A DNA stretch of 64,000 nucleotides, taken from assembly GCA_001600815.1 (NCBI GenBank), contig BCKZ01000018.1, positions 401,974 to 465,973 of the forward strand. The letters run 5' to 3'. Positions 11,604 to 24,569 of the stretch are shown here, piece after piece. The stretch comes from Alloascoidea hylecoeti. Lineage: Eukaryota. Numbering within the stretch: the first letter of the stretch is position 1; each line of letters opens with the position of its first letter. Position numbers and translations under genes: made by a program. The notes under the pieces are model-generated. The model worked only from the letters and a program-made list of their open reading frames with translations, had not been told where the DNA came from and searched no databases.

Positions 11604-14214
11604 ATGTTCGGGTTAAAAGTTTGTAAGTCCACTTTTTCACTGTTTAACAGGTGTTGTACGTTTTTTCTAATGGTCATTCCTTATAGTTAAGGTTGGAATC
11701 GATTCTCGATACTCCATTCAAAAAAATCCATCTTTTTACGCTGGTCCTTGGGCCGTACATACCGCGACGATACGGAAAGGTTTGGGTTCAAGTAGTAATA
11801 AAAACAATGAAAATGGTTCAGCCTTAAAAGAACGTACTAAAGTATCTGTTTTCATCTTTGATAAACGTAAAATGGAATCAACGTTAATTAAAAATGGGGC
11901 ACATAAATCAAATTTTGAAGATGCTTATCGAGTATTAAGAAAACAAGTTTCAAACTTGGCGAAAATGAGACATCCTGCTATTTTGGAACTTATTGAACCA
12001 TTAGAAGAATCAAGTTCTAAAATGATGTTTGTTTCAGAATATACAACAAATTGTGTTAAGAATTTGATTGATATGAGTGCTAATCGTAACTATGATTCAA
12101 ATTTACCTGATAATCAAGAACTTGATGATATAGTAATACAACAAGGTCTTTTACAAATTATTCAAGGACTTGAATTTTTACATAATGCTGGATTTGTTCA
12201 TTTAGGATTAGAACCAAATTCAATATTAATAAATAATAAAGGAGATTGGAAAATATCTGGATTAGCATTTATTCAAAATTTAAAAGAAAATGAAAATAAA
12301 AAAGAAAAATTTTATTTAGAAGTTTTTGATTCAAGAATGCCACGATTTGTTAATATTAATCTTGATTATTCAGCTCCAGAATTAGTTCTTGATAATGAAT
12401 TATCACCATCAAATGATTTATTTTCAATTGGTTGTTTAATTTATTCAATATATTTAGGTACATCATTATTTGAAACTTATAATAATTCATCATCATATAA
12501 ACAACAATTAAATGGATCATTAAGAAAAATTAAATTTTTATCAAAAGAAAGTTCATCAAAAATTCCATCATATTTATTAAATACATTAAATCAATTAATA
12601 ACAAGATCATCAAATGAACGTTATTCATTAATACAATTTCAATCATCAAAATATTTTGATAATATTCTAGTAAGAACAATTAAATTTCTTGATGAATTTC
12701 CAACAAAAACAGATAATGAAAAACAAAATTTTATGAAAGGTTTAAATAAAATAATGAATCAATTTCCAATATCAATATTAAGTAAAAAAATATTACCAAC
12801 ATTAATTGAAACCATTAATCAATTTTCAAATGAACAAATTCCAAAATATGAAACTCAACCAATTGACATAAATGATCCATTATTAATTTCATTAACATTA
12901 ATAAATATTTTAAATATTGTTAAAGATTTAAGTCAATTAACATTTAAAGAAAAAATCTTACCAATTTTAAATATTAAAAAAATTTTAAAATTTCCAAGTT
13001 CACAAAAAATTATATTTGAAAATATTGAATTAATTGAATTAAAAATTAATAATAAAGAAGAATTTAAAAATTTTATTTTACCAATATTTGAATTAAGTTT
13101 ATCACCTATACAATCACCATTAAAAATTCAAGAAATTTCATTAAATAATTTATCAAAAATTATTAAAAATTTAAATTTTTTAACAATTAAAAATGAAATA
13201 TTTCCAAAAATTGGACAATTATTTTCAAAAACAACACATTTAAAAATAAAAATTTTAGGATTAAAAACTTTTGAAATATTAATTGATTCAAAAGGTTTTG
13301 ATAAATATACAATTGATGAAAAATTATTACCATTATTAAAAAATATTAAAACAAAAGAACCAAGTGTTTTATTATCAACATTAAAAGTTTTTGAAAAAAT
13401 TAGTTTACCTGAAGAAAATGGATCATCAATTATTTTAGATATTGATAAATTAGCAATTGAAATATTACCACAATTATGGCAAATGTCAATGGCTACAACA
13501 CTTAATGGTAATCAATTTAAACAAATGGTTTCTGTTATTAATCGAATTTCTCAAAGAATTGAAACAGAACATTTAAAGAAATTAAATATTTCAAATATTG
13601 ATGAAAGTAGTGATACTCCTATAATAACTTCAACTAATAGTGATAATGAAGATATTGATTTTGAAAGTTTAGTATATGGTACTATTAGGAATAAAACACC
13701 AACACCAACACCAAAACCAAAACCAAACAATGTTCAAGAAGTTAATAAAGTTCCACAACATATTAAACCTTTAACTCTTAAACCATCACCTTCAAAAGTA
13801 ACATCTAAAAATGATGATTTTGATGATTTTCAAAGTTTCCAATCTGCACCTGGTTTACAAACACCAATTTCTACATCAACTCCAAATACTAGTAATAGTT
13901 GGAATAAATCAAATGAATCTTCTGGTATTGATTGGTCATCAGAAGCATATAAAGCAAAGAATAAATTCTCTTCACTTTCATCATCTTCATATTCAAGTCT
14001 TCAACCTCAAACATCTAATTTTGGAAGAAGTTCAAACTCTCCATCAAATACTAATTCTAATTTTGGTAGAAGTTCACCATTAAATTCAAATACACCACTT
14101 GGATGGAATAGTCAACCTTTAACACCAACGAATAAAAGTGCACAATCTATTAATTCAAATCGATCGATATCTCAAAGGGATAATAAGGTAAATCAATGGG
14201 ATAGTTTAATTTAA
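11604..14214 (+). CDS. SCY1: SCY1-like pseudokinase; exons 11604-11622 and 11687-14214
   Basis: Intron GTAAGT...TTCTAAT...TATAG restores MFGLKVFKVGIDSRYSIQKNPSFYAGPW. Also KVSVFIFDK, LAKMRHPAIL, GDWKISGLAF, LDYSAPE and HEAT repeats. Confidence 0.92.
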
Positions 14215-14290
14215 TATTTACTATTTAATATTATATAGCTGTATATATAGTTTATAATGGATTAGTATTATTTACAAATTACCCGGATTT

Positions 14291-14310
14291 GCGACACGAA
14301 AACGCGAAAA
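14291..14310 (+). promoter_or_regulatory. SCB/MCB-like G1/S elements upstream of RFA2
   Basis: CACGAAA and ACGCGAAA side by side about 80-95 bp before the RFA2 ATG. Confidence 0.55.
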
Positions 14311-14387
14311 ATAAAAAAAGAGTAATTTTTTTTTCTTTTTTACTAGATTTCAGTTAACAGTTTAACAGTTAGCAAAAACAATAAACA

Positions 14388-15277
14388 ATGTCAGGTAAGT
14401 AAAAATAAAAAAGGGGGATATATGAAAGAATAGTGATAATTGACCAAAGTGGATGAGTAGGATTTGATTATAATAATGATTACTCTGGAGGACACTCAGG
14501 AGGTGGATTTAACAACGATGGAGGTAGTCAGGAGGCAAGAGTAAGTTAGTTATAAAATGGATTGATTAATTTGTTAGCACGACAATTAACAAGGACGAAA
14601 AGACACAACAAAGACAAAGCTTGACGCCAGTCACCATCAAACAGATCGGCTTAATTCAAATCCACCCAGATAATACATTCGAGCTTGATGGATGTGATAT
14701 TCAGCAGGTTAAGTTTGTCGGAAGTATTTCCACTATCCAGGATGCAGCTACGTCGTTGACATACAAGCTGGAGGACGGGACAGGCAGCATTGAAGCACGC
14801 AAATGGGTCAGCGATGTGGCAGAGGAGGACCAGGAAGAGAGCGGTGCGCCCAAACTTGAGATAAACCGTTACGCGCGGGTCACGGGCAACGTGCGGTCGT
14901 ACCAGGACCGGGTGCAGGTGGTGATCGAGAAGATCGTGCCGGTCGAGGACCACAACGAGGTTCTGTACCATCTGCTGGAGGCCGCCGCGGTGCACGCGGA
15001 ACGCACGCACGCACCCACGGCCGCGTCCCGTGCGTCCCGTGCGCACGACGAGGGCCAGCTGTTTGTGGGCGGCGAGGGCGGCGAGGGCGGCGAGGACGGG
15101 CGGATCGTTGAGTTTCTGCGCAGCGAGCAGGCCTCCGGCAACGGCGAGGTGCACGTGAACGCCATTGCGCGCGGGGTGACGCTGGGGAGCGAGCGGGTGC
15201 TGGCGGTGCTGGAGCGGCTGGTGGAGGCCGGGGAGGTGTACAACACGCTCGATGACTACCACTTTGCTCTAACTTAG
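14388..15277 (+). CDS. RFA2: Replication protein A 32-kDa subunit; exons 14388-14394, 14461-14540 and 14594 or 14603-15277
   Basis: Two GTAAGT introns give MSGFDYNNDYSGGHSGGGF.... The OB fold reads SLTPVTIKQI...YKLEDGTGSIEARKW and DHNEVLYHLLEA, and the C-terminal winged helix ends GEVYNTLDDYHF. Confidence 0.92.
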
Positions 15278-15300
15278 TTTCGCTAACTTAGCTTAATTCT

Positions 15301-15335
15301 ATGATGTCATGCGGTCACGTGCGCTGCTGAGTCAG
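15301..15335 (+). promoter_or_regulatory. Cluster of CRE-like (TGATGTCA), E-box (TCACGTG) and AP-1/Gcn4 (TGAGTCA) sites upstream of RCK2
   Basis: Three recognisable motifs within 35 bp, about 80-110 bp before the ATG. Confidence 0.5.
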
Positions 15336-15410
15336 GAAGTGTAGTTTCTGCTCTTAATTTGAGGTATTCTTCCTTCACTTCCATACTACCCGTTTCCCTT
15401 ATCACCATTC

Positions 15411-17507
15411 ATGGCTTTGCAGAACCTGAAAAACTTCATCCGTCGTGGACGCCAGGCCTATGACAGCCCGTCGACCGTCCTCACCACCGACCCGGTCATG
15501 GGCCTAAACTCCCATTCTCAGATAGATAGTACCGTAGATCAAAGTCAAAATCAATCCCATGCGGACAATCAACCACAGTCTTCGAGTCCCCCTCATCCTA
15601 CTTCGACCACCCCTGTCAAAGAACTTCCTGATACTCCTACTGGTGCTGATTTATATAATGAAGCCGCTAACAGGATAGTACAAGAAGAAGAAGCTAAAAA
15701 ATCGAAAATGCCAACGTATCCGGGTTTAGATAACTATTTACTATTAGATCAAATGGGAGAGTAAGTATTTTGTACTTTTATTTTTCATGAACCTATCTTT
15801 CTAATCAATTTTATCATCTTTTTTTTTAATTTTTTTTTTTTTTTTCATTGCCTTTTCTTAGGGGTGCATTCTCGATTGTTTATCGTGCTCAAGATTTAAC
15901 CACAAAAGAATTTGTGGCGGTAAAAGTTATTAAAAAATATGAAATGGATGCTATTCAGGTATGTTTTTTTGTTTTTTTTATTTATTATCATATTCATTTT
16001 CAAATTCATTATTTTATTTTTGATTTTGTTTATTTTGTTTTTGTTTTTGTTTTTTTTTTTGTTTTTTTTTTAATTTAATTTCTATATTTTGTTTTGATTT
16101 ATGTTCGCTCACATTTATTTATGTTTTAATTTTAAAAAGGCTGAGAAAGTCCTTGGTAGAGAAGGTAAAAGGGCTAGAGAATTGGTTAAGGTTGTTTATA
16201 TTTTTGAAATTTTATTTATATTTGTCTTTTATTAACTTCATCTTTATTCATATTTATTCATATTTATTCATTTTTCTCTCTTCCTTTTATTTTAATCTTT
16301 TATTTTTTTAATCTTTTATTATTTATTGTCATCAAATTACTAAATACTAACATAAAAATGAATATAGAAATCAAGTATCTTAAAAGAAGTAGCAATCATG
16401 AGACAATTACGACATCGAAACATTGTATCATTTTATAGATTTATTGAAGCAAATCAATATTATCATATAATTCAAGAATTAGTACCAGGTGGTGAATTAT
16501 TTCAAGAAATTGTTAGATTAACATATTTTTCTGAAAATTTATCTCGTCATGTAATTAGACAAGTTGGTGAAGCTGTACGTTATTTACATGAAGAAGCAGG
16601 TATTGTTCATCGTGATATAAAACCAGAAAATTTATTATTTTATCCAATTGAATTTAAACCATCAAAAAAGCAAGTTTTCAGAAAAGGTGATGATCCAAGT
16701 CAAAAAGTTGATGAAGGTGAATTTTTACCAGGTATTGGATCTGGTGGAATTGGAATTATAAAATTGGCAGATTTTGGTTTATCAAAACAAGTTTGGGATA
16801 GTAAAACGAAAACTCCATGTGGTACTGTTGGTTATACTGCACCAGAAATTGTTCGAGATGAAAGATATACAAAATCTGTTGATATGTGGGCAATTGGTTG
16901 TGTTTTATATACAATATTATGTGGTTTCCCACCATTTTATGATGAAAATATTGAAACATTAACTGAAAAAGTTGCAAAAGGTCAATATACTTTTTTAAGT
17001 CCATGGTGGGATGATATTAGTAAAGATGCAAAAGATTTAGTATCTCATTTATTAACGGTTGATCCTGATAAAAGATTTACAATTGATGAAATGTTAAATC
17101 ATAAATGGATGAAACAAGGTACTGTTTTAAAAGATAATGCTTCTGATTATAGACAATTAGTTAAACCTTTAGCAAATACTTCAATAAAATCACCTGCAGC
17201 AGTAACATTAAGAGAAATTTTTGATGTTTCAAATGCTGTTCATAGAATGGAAGAAGAAGGTGCATTAAGGAAAGGTGGTGGTAATTTAGGAATGTTAAAT
17301 GAATATGAAGAAGATAGTGATGATGATCATGATGAAGAATTAACAATTCAATTTGAACCAAATTCAAGTCGTTCTCGGGGTCGTGGAAGGAAACCAAGAG
17401 TTTTTGATTTAAGTTTGGATGGTGCAACACTTTTGGAACGACGTAAAAAAAAAAATAATACAATTGATATGAATTTGAATTTTGATGATAATAAATTAAA
17501 AGTGTGA
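15411..17507 (+). CDS. RCK2: MAPK-activated CAMK kinase Rck2/Srk1; exons 15411-15760, 15862-15958, optional 16140-16190, 16368-17507
   Basis: MALQNLKNFIRRG N-terminus, spliced GEGAFSIVY, VAVKVIKK, HRDIKPENLLF, the Rck-specific VDEGEFLPGIGSGGIGIIKLADFGLSK and FDLSLDGATLLERRK. Confidence 0.93.
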
Positions 17508-18697
17508 CGATAATCAATGGATGTTTTCATTTTATACAATTGCAAGTGTTTTAAGACCTTAATCAAGAAGTTAAATTTAGATAAATTTATTCTTGATTGT
17601 TATACGTTATATTTTTCAGTTAATTGATCAATTAATATTAATTAATTTTTTTACCATTTTTTATATATCCTTTATCTATCTTATCATTTATTTTTCATCT
17701 TTTATTATTATTATAATTATTATAAATTGTTTCTAGTGCTTTTTTTGAATTAGTTTATTGTTTATTATATATGAATTTGAAAATGGAAATTTAAACTATT
17801 TAATTTACTACCAATTGAATTTTTTGTATGTATATGTATGAATGCATTTGAACATTTAGTGGCTATGTACGGTACACCAAAACATAGCCTTTATAAGGAA
17901 TGCATATTCATCGAATTTAAATAATAATAATATAATAGTTGTTTATATTTGGTAATTAATTTATGCTGATCTTTTAATTTGAGAAATCGTGTTTGTATTA
18001 GGCTAAGCATTTCTCCGTACCTTATTTCTTAATTTTATTCTATTAAAATAATTAATAAATATTTCTATTTTATAATCATAATTGTGTACTTATACATTCA
18101 ACAAATGGATCGGGGTTTAAGAGATTTGCACCAATAATCAGCATTGTAAATAGTCCAAACTATATTGCAAATGGTTAATCAGTATCCCAATCGGAATAAT
18201 TATTTCAACAGAGTTATATTGTTACAAGTTAAATAGAATAAAGTTTTATTATTTATATTATATTTGGTATGATAATTAATGTCAAATAGAACAAGGATAA
18301 ACCTTAAATAGTTTAATATGTGGGCTATAACAAATTAAAACGATCTACTTGTACTTTAAATTTTTACTTGCACTTATCAAATGTCAAATATTTCAATGAA
18401 TTTTCATCATTGAATTTCATAATTGAATTTCATAATTGAATTTCATAATTGAATCGAGTCGATTCATTAAAATAGAAGTTTACCAAAATAAATAATTAAA
18501 ATTAAAATTTAGTTTTCATTATTCGTTTAAATTTCGTTTTATGTCAAAATTTCCTCTAATTTAGTAAATTATAATATTATATTATTTGAAAATAAAGTTT
18601 TAAAATTATTTAGCACATCATAAAATTATAAAAATTATGGACGAATCTGATTCGCAATTATGTTGAAATAAAAACAAAGAAGACAATAAACAACAAC

Positions 18698-18742
<45 letters not shown>
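18698..18742 (+). repeat. (AAT)n microsatellite
   Basis: Run of about 15 AAT units. Confidence 0.9.
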
Positions 18743-18747
<5 letters not shown>

Positions 18748-18967
18748 AACATGTACTTAGTTAATAATTAATATTTTTTTTATATATAATATTTTATCAT
18801 ATGATTCATAATCAACAACATAAAAGATAAGAAGAAGAAAAAGAAGAAATAAAAAATAAAAAAATAAAAAAATAAAAAAATAAAAAAAAATTTACATTAA
18901 CATTAACATTAATAATATTCATATATTTCATTAAAATTAAAAAGATCAAAAAAAGTTTCAATTTTTA

Positions 18968-19959
18968 TTAATAAAATGGAGAAAATGGAATCAATCCAGA
19001 TTTTCTAAAACCATTATTAATATTTTCTTTAATTAATGAAAATTTTCTTGCTTTATTTAAACATAAAATAAATTCAGGTTTTTTAACTTTTGATAAACCT
19101 AATGATAAAATTAAATCCATTTCATAAACCATTTTATATTTTAATGGTCCATAAATTGATAAATCTAATGGTTGTAAAATATGTGATGTACTTGGTGGTA
19201 TAATTAATAATTGAATATTTGAATTTAAACAAAAATTTAAAAATTTACATGTTATATGTGTTGGATGACCATTATAAATTAAAAGTCTTGGTTTTAAATT
19301 TTTATTTGATCCAGAAGTTGATGTTGTACATTTATATCTTGTTTTTTTATCAAATGAATTAACTAACCAATCATAAATTATATGACTATTAGTCCATCCA
19401 TTTTCAGTACAAATAAATTGCCAATTTTCATCAGTTTCAATTGGGAACCAAGATTTATCAATATATTTTCCTTTAAAAATAATATAAGGATCCAATGAAC
19501 TATTATCACCACAAATACATTCTAAAACAGATATATTATCTTCTCTTGAATGATTTATTTTCATTGAACTATCAACAATTGACCATCTTCTTTGAGTTTC
19601 ACCTAATATAAAACCAGTTTCATCAACATTATAAACATTTTCACTTGTAATTCCATATTTAATGATTATTTTTTCATATGTTTTAAACCATCTTTTTAAT
19701 GTTGTTTCTAAATAAGTACTTGATCTATGTTTATCAATTGGTTGACAAACTATTGAAGGTAATTCAGGATGTCTTTTAATAAAACGTTCAATCCAAACTT
19801 TACATGTTCTATAATCTGGAAGTGTTGAAGAAGGTCTATTAATATATTTAGAACTTGAACTTGAACGTGAATTAGTATTTGAATTTGAATGATTATTCAT
19901 AATTTGCCCATTACCATTAATATCCAAAACTCTATAATCATTATTATTATTATTATTAC

Positions 19960-19992
<33 letters not shown>

Positions 19993-20165
19993 AATAGGTT
20001 AAATATGGTTCAGAAAAGTTTAAATTAACATTATTTTGTTGATAAAAATCATTTGTTTGAAGTATTGGGAAACCATTAGTACCAAGTACAGAACCATTTG
20101 AAAAATTAGTATTAAAATCATTTGAATAAATTTGAGAATTATTACGATGATGATGATGATGATGA

Positions 20166-20196
<31 letters not shown>

Positions 20197-20677
20197 GATT
20201 TGAATTTAAATATGCAAATGGTTGGTTTAAATTATATTCCGAAGATGAAGAATTTGATAATTGTGTTGATAAATATGAATCATTTGATGGAGTTAATGAT
20301 AAAGATGGTGATGTAATTGGTAATGATTCTTTACCAGATCTATTATTAAACATTTCTTTAATAAGTTCATAAATATGTCTTGATGTAATAGGATAACCAC
20401 TTCTTGATAAAACTTTAACATATTGAGATAAAAGAGATTCTTCACGGGAAGTTAACATATCATCTTGTAATTGTAACTGTAATTGATTGTGATGATGAAC
20501 TATATTATTGTTTGAATCTTTTGATTTTCTACCTTTAACTCTAAAATACAAAGTTGTGTATGGAATACCATGAGCCCTGGCGGCATCTTTGATGTTTGCA
20601 TGAAGACCATTTTCAAGTTCAGAGATTGCACTTTTTATATTAATCTCTCTTGGAGAGTTTGCATGTTTGGCGGCCAT
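18968..20677 (-). CDS. Domesticated pogo/Fot1 transposase-derived (CENP-B-like) protein: psq HTH, Tc5 HTH and DDE_1 domain
   Basis: NIKDAARAHGIPYTTLYFRVKG, LTSREESLL, WIERFIKRHPEL, IIKYGITSENVYNVDETGF, NGWTN, RLLIYNGHPTH, PPSTSHILQPLD and GFRKSGLIPF. Intact ORF with polyQ/H/N inserts and no terminal repeats seen. Confidence 0.9.
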
Positions 20678-21032
20678 TGTTGCTATTGTTTGCTATTGTT
20701 ATTATTGTTTGATTGTGATCATAAAAAGAAGGAATTGGGGACATTTTATAAGTTTCTTGGAGTGGAAAAGATTGACATATTTTCTGTGCATATGAACAAC
20801 GGATTGGGAATTATTATCTTGAAATGAGCTGCAGCATGCATTGAAGAAGGCTGTCCAACTTTTATACGGAGAAGATCCCTTCTAATTACCTTCTAGAAAC
20901 GCGGAAGAACATTGGAAGAATATCAAAAGAACACAGCCTTCTGCAATACGCTTCTCTGCATGCTTCGGTGCATACACCCGTCCCCCTGTTATCCATATAT
21001 TGTCTTTTTCCGGACATCCAGACACAATAACT

Positions 21033-23266
21033 ATGTTAATGCATCGCACATTGAACTATGCACTGCTGCTATTTACGCTGTTTATCCACAATTCACAGAC
21101 GTCTTACGCCCCTTACGAGGTCGACTGCCCGTTGACCTCCGTCGTCAGGCCCGCAAAGGTATACGCGATACCCAACCTACAATCCTCTTTTTGTGACTAA
21201 TGCCGTTTTAGGACCTGGGTGCGGACGAAAAGATTTATATAGATAAGCGCCATGCAATCACAAGAAATGCTCTTCACTGGTTTTTCCACAAGATCGATTT
21301 TAACACTTCCGTCGATTTTGACGTTGATACCTTCATTGACCAATCTTATAACGTGATACCACCAGCTCATGAAGAAGAAGAAGAAGTTTATTCTCCAATA
21401 AATATAGGAATCGCGCTTTCTGGTGGTGGGTTTAGGGCAATGTTACATGGCGCTGGGTGTATCTCAGCTTTAGATGGCCGTTCAAACTCTCATGATACAA
21501 ACAGAAACAGACAGGTTTCAACTTTGGGAGGTTTATTACAATCTTCTTCTTATATTGTTGGTGTTTCTGGCGGTTCTTGGGCTTTATCTTCCCTTGTTGT
21601 TAATGATTTTCATACCATTGAACAAATATCTAAGTGGAACTTATCTTCAAGTATATTTATGGGAATCCCTGATGTTAAAGTTAGACATCCAACAACTGAA
21701 GATCCTTCAAATATTTTAAATGGAGATGGATTATCTGATATTTTATCACATCAAACAACAATGATGATGAATAATAAAGATAAAGATAAAGATAAAGATA
21801 AAGATAAAGATAATGTTAATGTTAAAACAAAACCAAATCTTGTAAAATCATTATTTAAAAGATTAAAAAATAAATTTGATAACAAATATAAAACTGCAAA
21901 TAATGATTATAAAAAATTAAATACAGTAACTAATACTTTTAAAGAAACTCTTTCATATTATTTAAATTTACATCTTCAAGTTGAAGAAAAAAGAAAAGCA
22001 AAATTTAGTGTTTCATTAACTGATTATTGGGGTAGAGCATTATCATCAAAATTATTTTTAAATCAACAATTAACAAAATCAATGACAATTAGTGATATAT
22101 CAAATTTATCATCATTTAAAAATTTTAAACAACCATTTCCAATTTTTATATCAAATGCAAGATCTCCAATTGATCCTGATAAAGATGCTGATAGTATAAC
22201 TTCTAAAATTTTTGAATTTTCTCCATTTGAATTTGGTAGTTGGGATTATAAATTACATGCTTTTTTAGATATTAAATATTTAGGTTCAAAAATAAATCAA
22301 GGTAAACCAAATAAATGTGTTAATGGTTATGATAATATTGGTTTTCTTGTTGGGACATCATCATCATTATTTAATAAAGTATTTACTTTTTTATATAATG
22401 CATTAAATAATGCAGAAAAAGAGCAAGAAGAAGAAGAACAAAAATTAAATTTAAATAGAGATGATAAAAATACAAAAAAATTTTTAAAAGCAATTTCAAA
22501 AACAATTCAATTATTTGGAAATTTTAAAAAATATCCTGATTATGCAATATTTGATCCAAATCCATTTTTTAATTATATTGATAGAGGAATTAAAAGTGAT
22601 ATTTTAAATTCTAAAAAATTATATTTAGTTGATGGTGGTGAAGATGGACAAAATATTCCTTTTAATCCTTTATTACAACCACAAAGAAAATTAGATATTA
22701 TATTAGCAACTGATTCAACAGCAGATTTAAATAATTGGCCAAATGGTACAACTTTACAATTTAGTTCAAGAAGATATCATGGTAATAATATTTATACTCC
22801 ATATAGATGGTATAATGGTATTAAAAAAAGTTTATTCCCTTATGTTCCATCAACTGAAGAATTTCTTGAAATGAATTTACATCAAAAACCAAGTTTTTTT
22901 GGATGTGATGTTAATAATTCATATCCAACTTTATCTAATCAAGTTGGTGAATTTGAATATCCTGAACATGATGAATATAATTCAAATTTTCAAATACCTC
23001 CATTAATTGTTTATATACCAAATTCACAATATTCTTTTCTTTCAAATACTTCAACATTTAAATTAACATATTCCGAAGATGAAAAAGATAAAATGATCAA
23101 GAATGGATTTGATGTAATGTCACAAGGAAATAATACAAATTGGTCAACATGTATTGGATGTGCTATATTACATAGAGCAATCATGAGACAGAGAACAAAT
23201 CCTCCTGATATATGCAGAGAATGTTTTAAGCAATATTGTTGGAATCCACCAATTGGGATAATTTAG
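21033..23266 (+). CDS. SPO1: Meiotic phospholipase B-like protein Spo1; exons 21033-21158 and 21212-23266
   Basis: Signal peptide followed by SYAPYEVDCP. Intron GTATAC...GACTAAT...TTAG. Motifs IALSGGGFRAML, GVSGGSW, SLTDYWGRALS, FEFSPFEFGSWD and VDGGEDGQNIP, with no GPI tail. Neighbours match YNL012W-YNL011C-YNL010W. Confidence 0.85.
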
Positions 23267-23756
23267 GTATTGATTGGTATAGATAATAGCTTTATTAGTC
23301 ATATTGCAATTGATTTGAATCTACAAACTACAAATATCTTGGACATACTTAAATAGAATCAAATTTGTTTATCACAGATTGCAGTTGTATTGTTGAGTAT
23401 TTATTGTACGAGTAGTACTACCGTTAAAGTTACGTATATAGGTTACAGCTAAGTAGAATAAATCTAATTAATATATATATATATATATATAAATAATACA
23501 ACAATGATAAGATAGATCAAAATAACCATATTTTAATTGATTAATACAATTATTATACAAGATCTAGATTTGCTATAATTATGTTCGATCTCATTTTGAC
23601 TCATTTGCATAATTATAATGACTTTATTTCAAAGTGTGTGTTTACTTTGTATGTAATAATTGTTCCGGTTTTATATGACAACACGTGACACGTGCTTTAT
23701 TAATAAAATTCTGATTGATATATTGATATGGCATTTCATTTTTTTTGTAAACATCC

Positions 23757-24528
23757 ATGGATAAAGAGATTAGTTTAGCAATCATTTCAGGCGGAACAGC
23801 CACAAATGAATTAGTTGAACTATTTTCATCGATTACACCACGTATAACTTATATTTTACCGGTTAGTGATAATGGAGGATCAACGTCTGAATTAATTAGA
23901 GTACTTGGAGGACCAGCATTGGGTGATATTAGGTCAAGAATAACAAGATTAATACCTGATAATGAAAGAGGGATTATATTAAAGGAATTTTTTTCTCATA
24001 GATTAAATGAAAATGGATTAATTGCAAAACAAGAATGGGATTCAATTGTTGAAGGAACTCATTCAATTTGGAATAATATTGAGCAACAATGGATTGAATT
24101 AATTCGAGCATTTTTAATACATGTTCATGTTGAATTATTAAAAAAATCAAGACCTGGTAGAGAATTTAAATTTGAATGTGCAAGTATTGGGAATTTATTT
24201 TTAACAGGTGCAAGATTATTTTGTGGATCTGTTGATAGTGCAATTGAATTAATGTTAAGAATTGTTAATATATCGGAATCTATTCAAGTTCTTCCTTGTT
24301 TAAATACAAACTTTAGCCATCATATATCAGCACTTTTAGCCAATGGTACGATTGTTACAGGACAATCTCAAATCTCGCATCCTACAGATATTAAAGAAAT
24401 AAATCCAAACCCAGAGGTTTCAAGTGGAGAAATTAATGAAACTCGTCCAGCTACCCCAATTAATGTTATATCCAATAATTGTAATGGAAATAATAATAAT
24501 AATATCAATGGAAATAATAATAATAATG

Positions 24529-24569
<41 letters not shown>

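Noticed and set aside
14651..15262. 203-aa and 125-aa antisense ORFs over RFA2
   Set aside because: They are shadows of a GC-rich coding stretch that lacks stops in other frames, and carry no motifs.
14750..15600. GC-rich islands as horizontal transfer or contamination
   Set aside because: GC changes gradually within single native yeast genes with intact frames, introns and conserved neighbours.
18411..18453. Short tandem repeats such as (TTGAATTTCATAA)3, and (TTTTATGA)n near 33995-34037, as CRISPR-like arrays
   Set aside because: No spacers, eukaryotic context, and simple slippage explains them.
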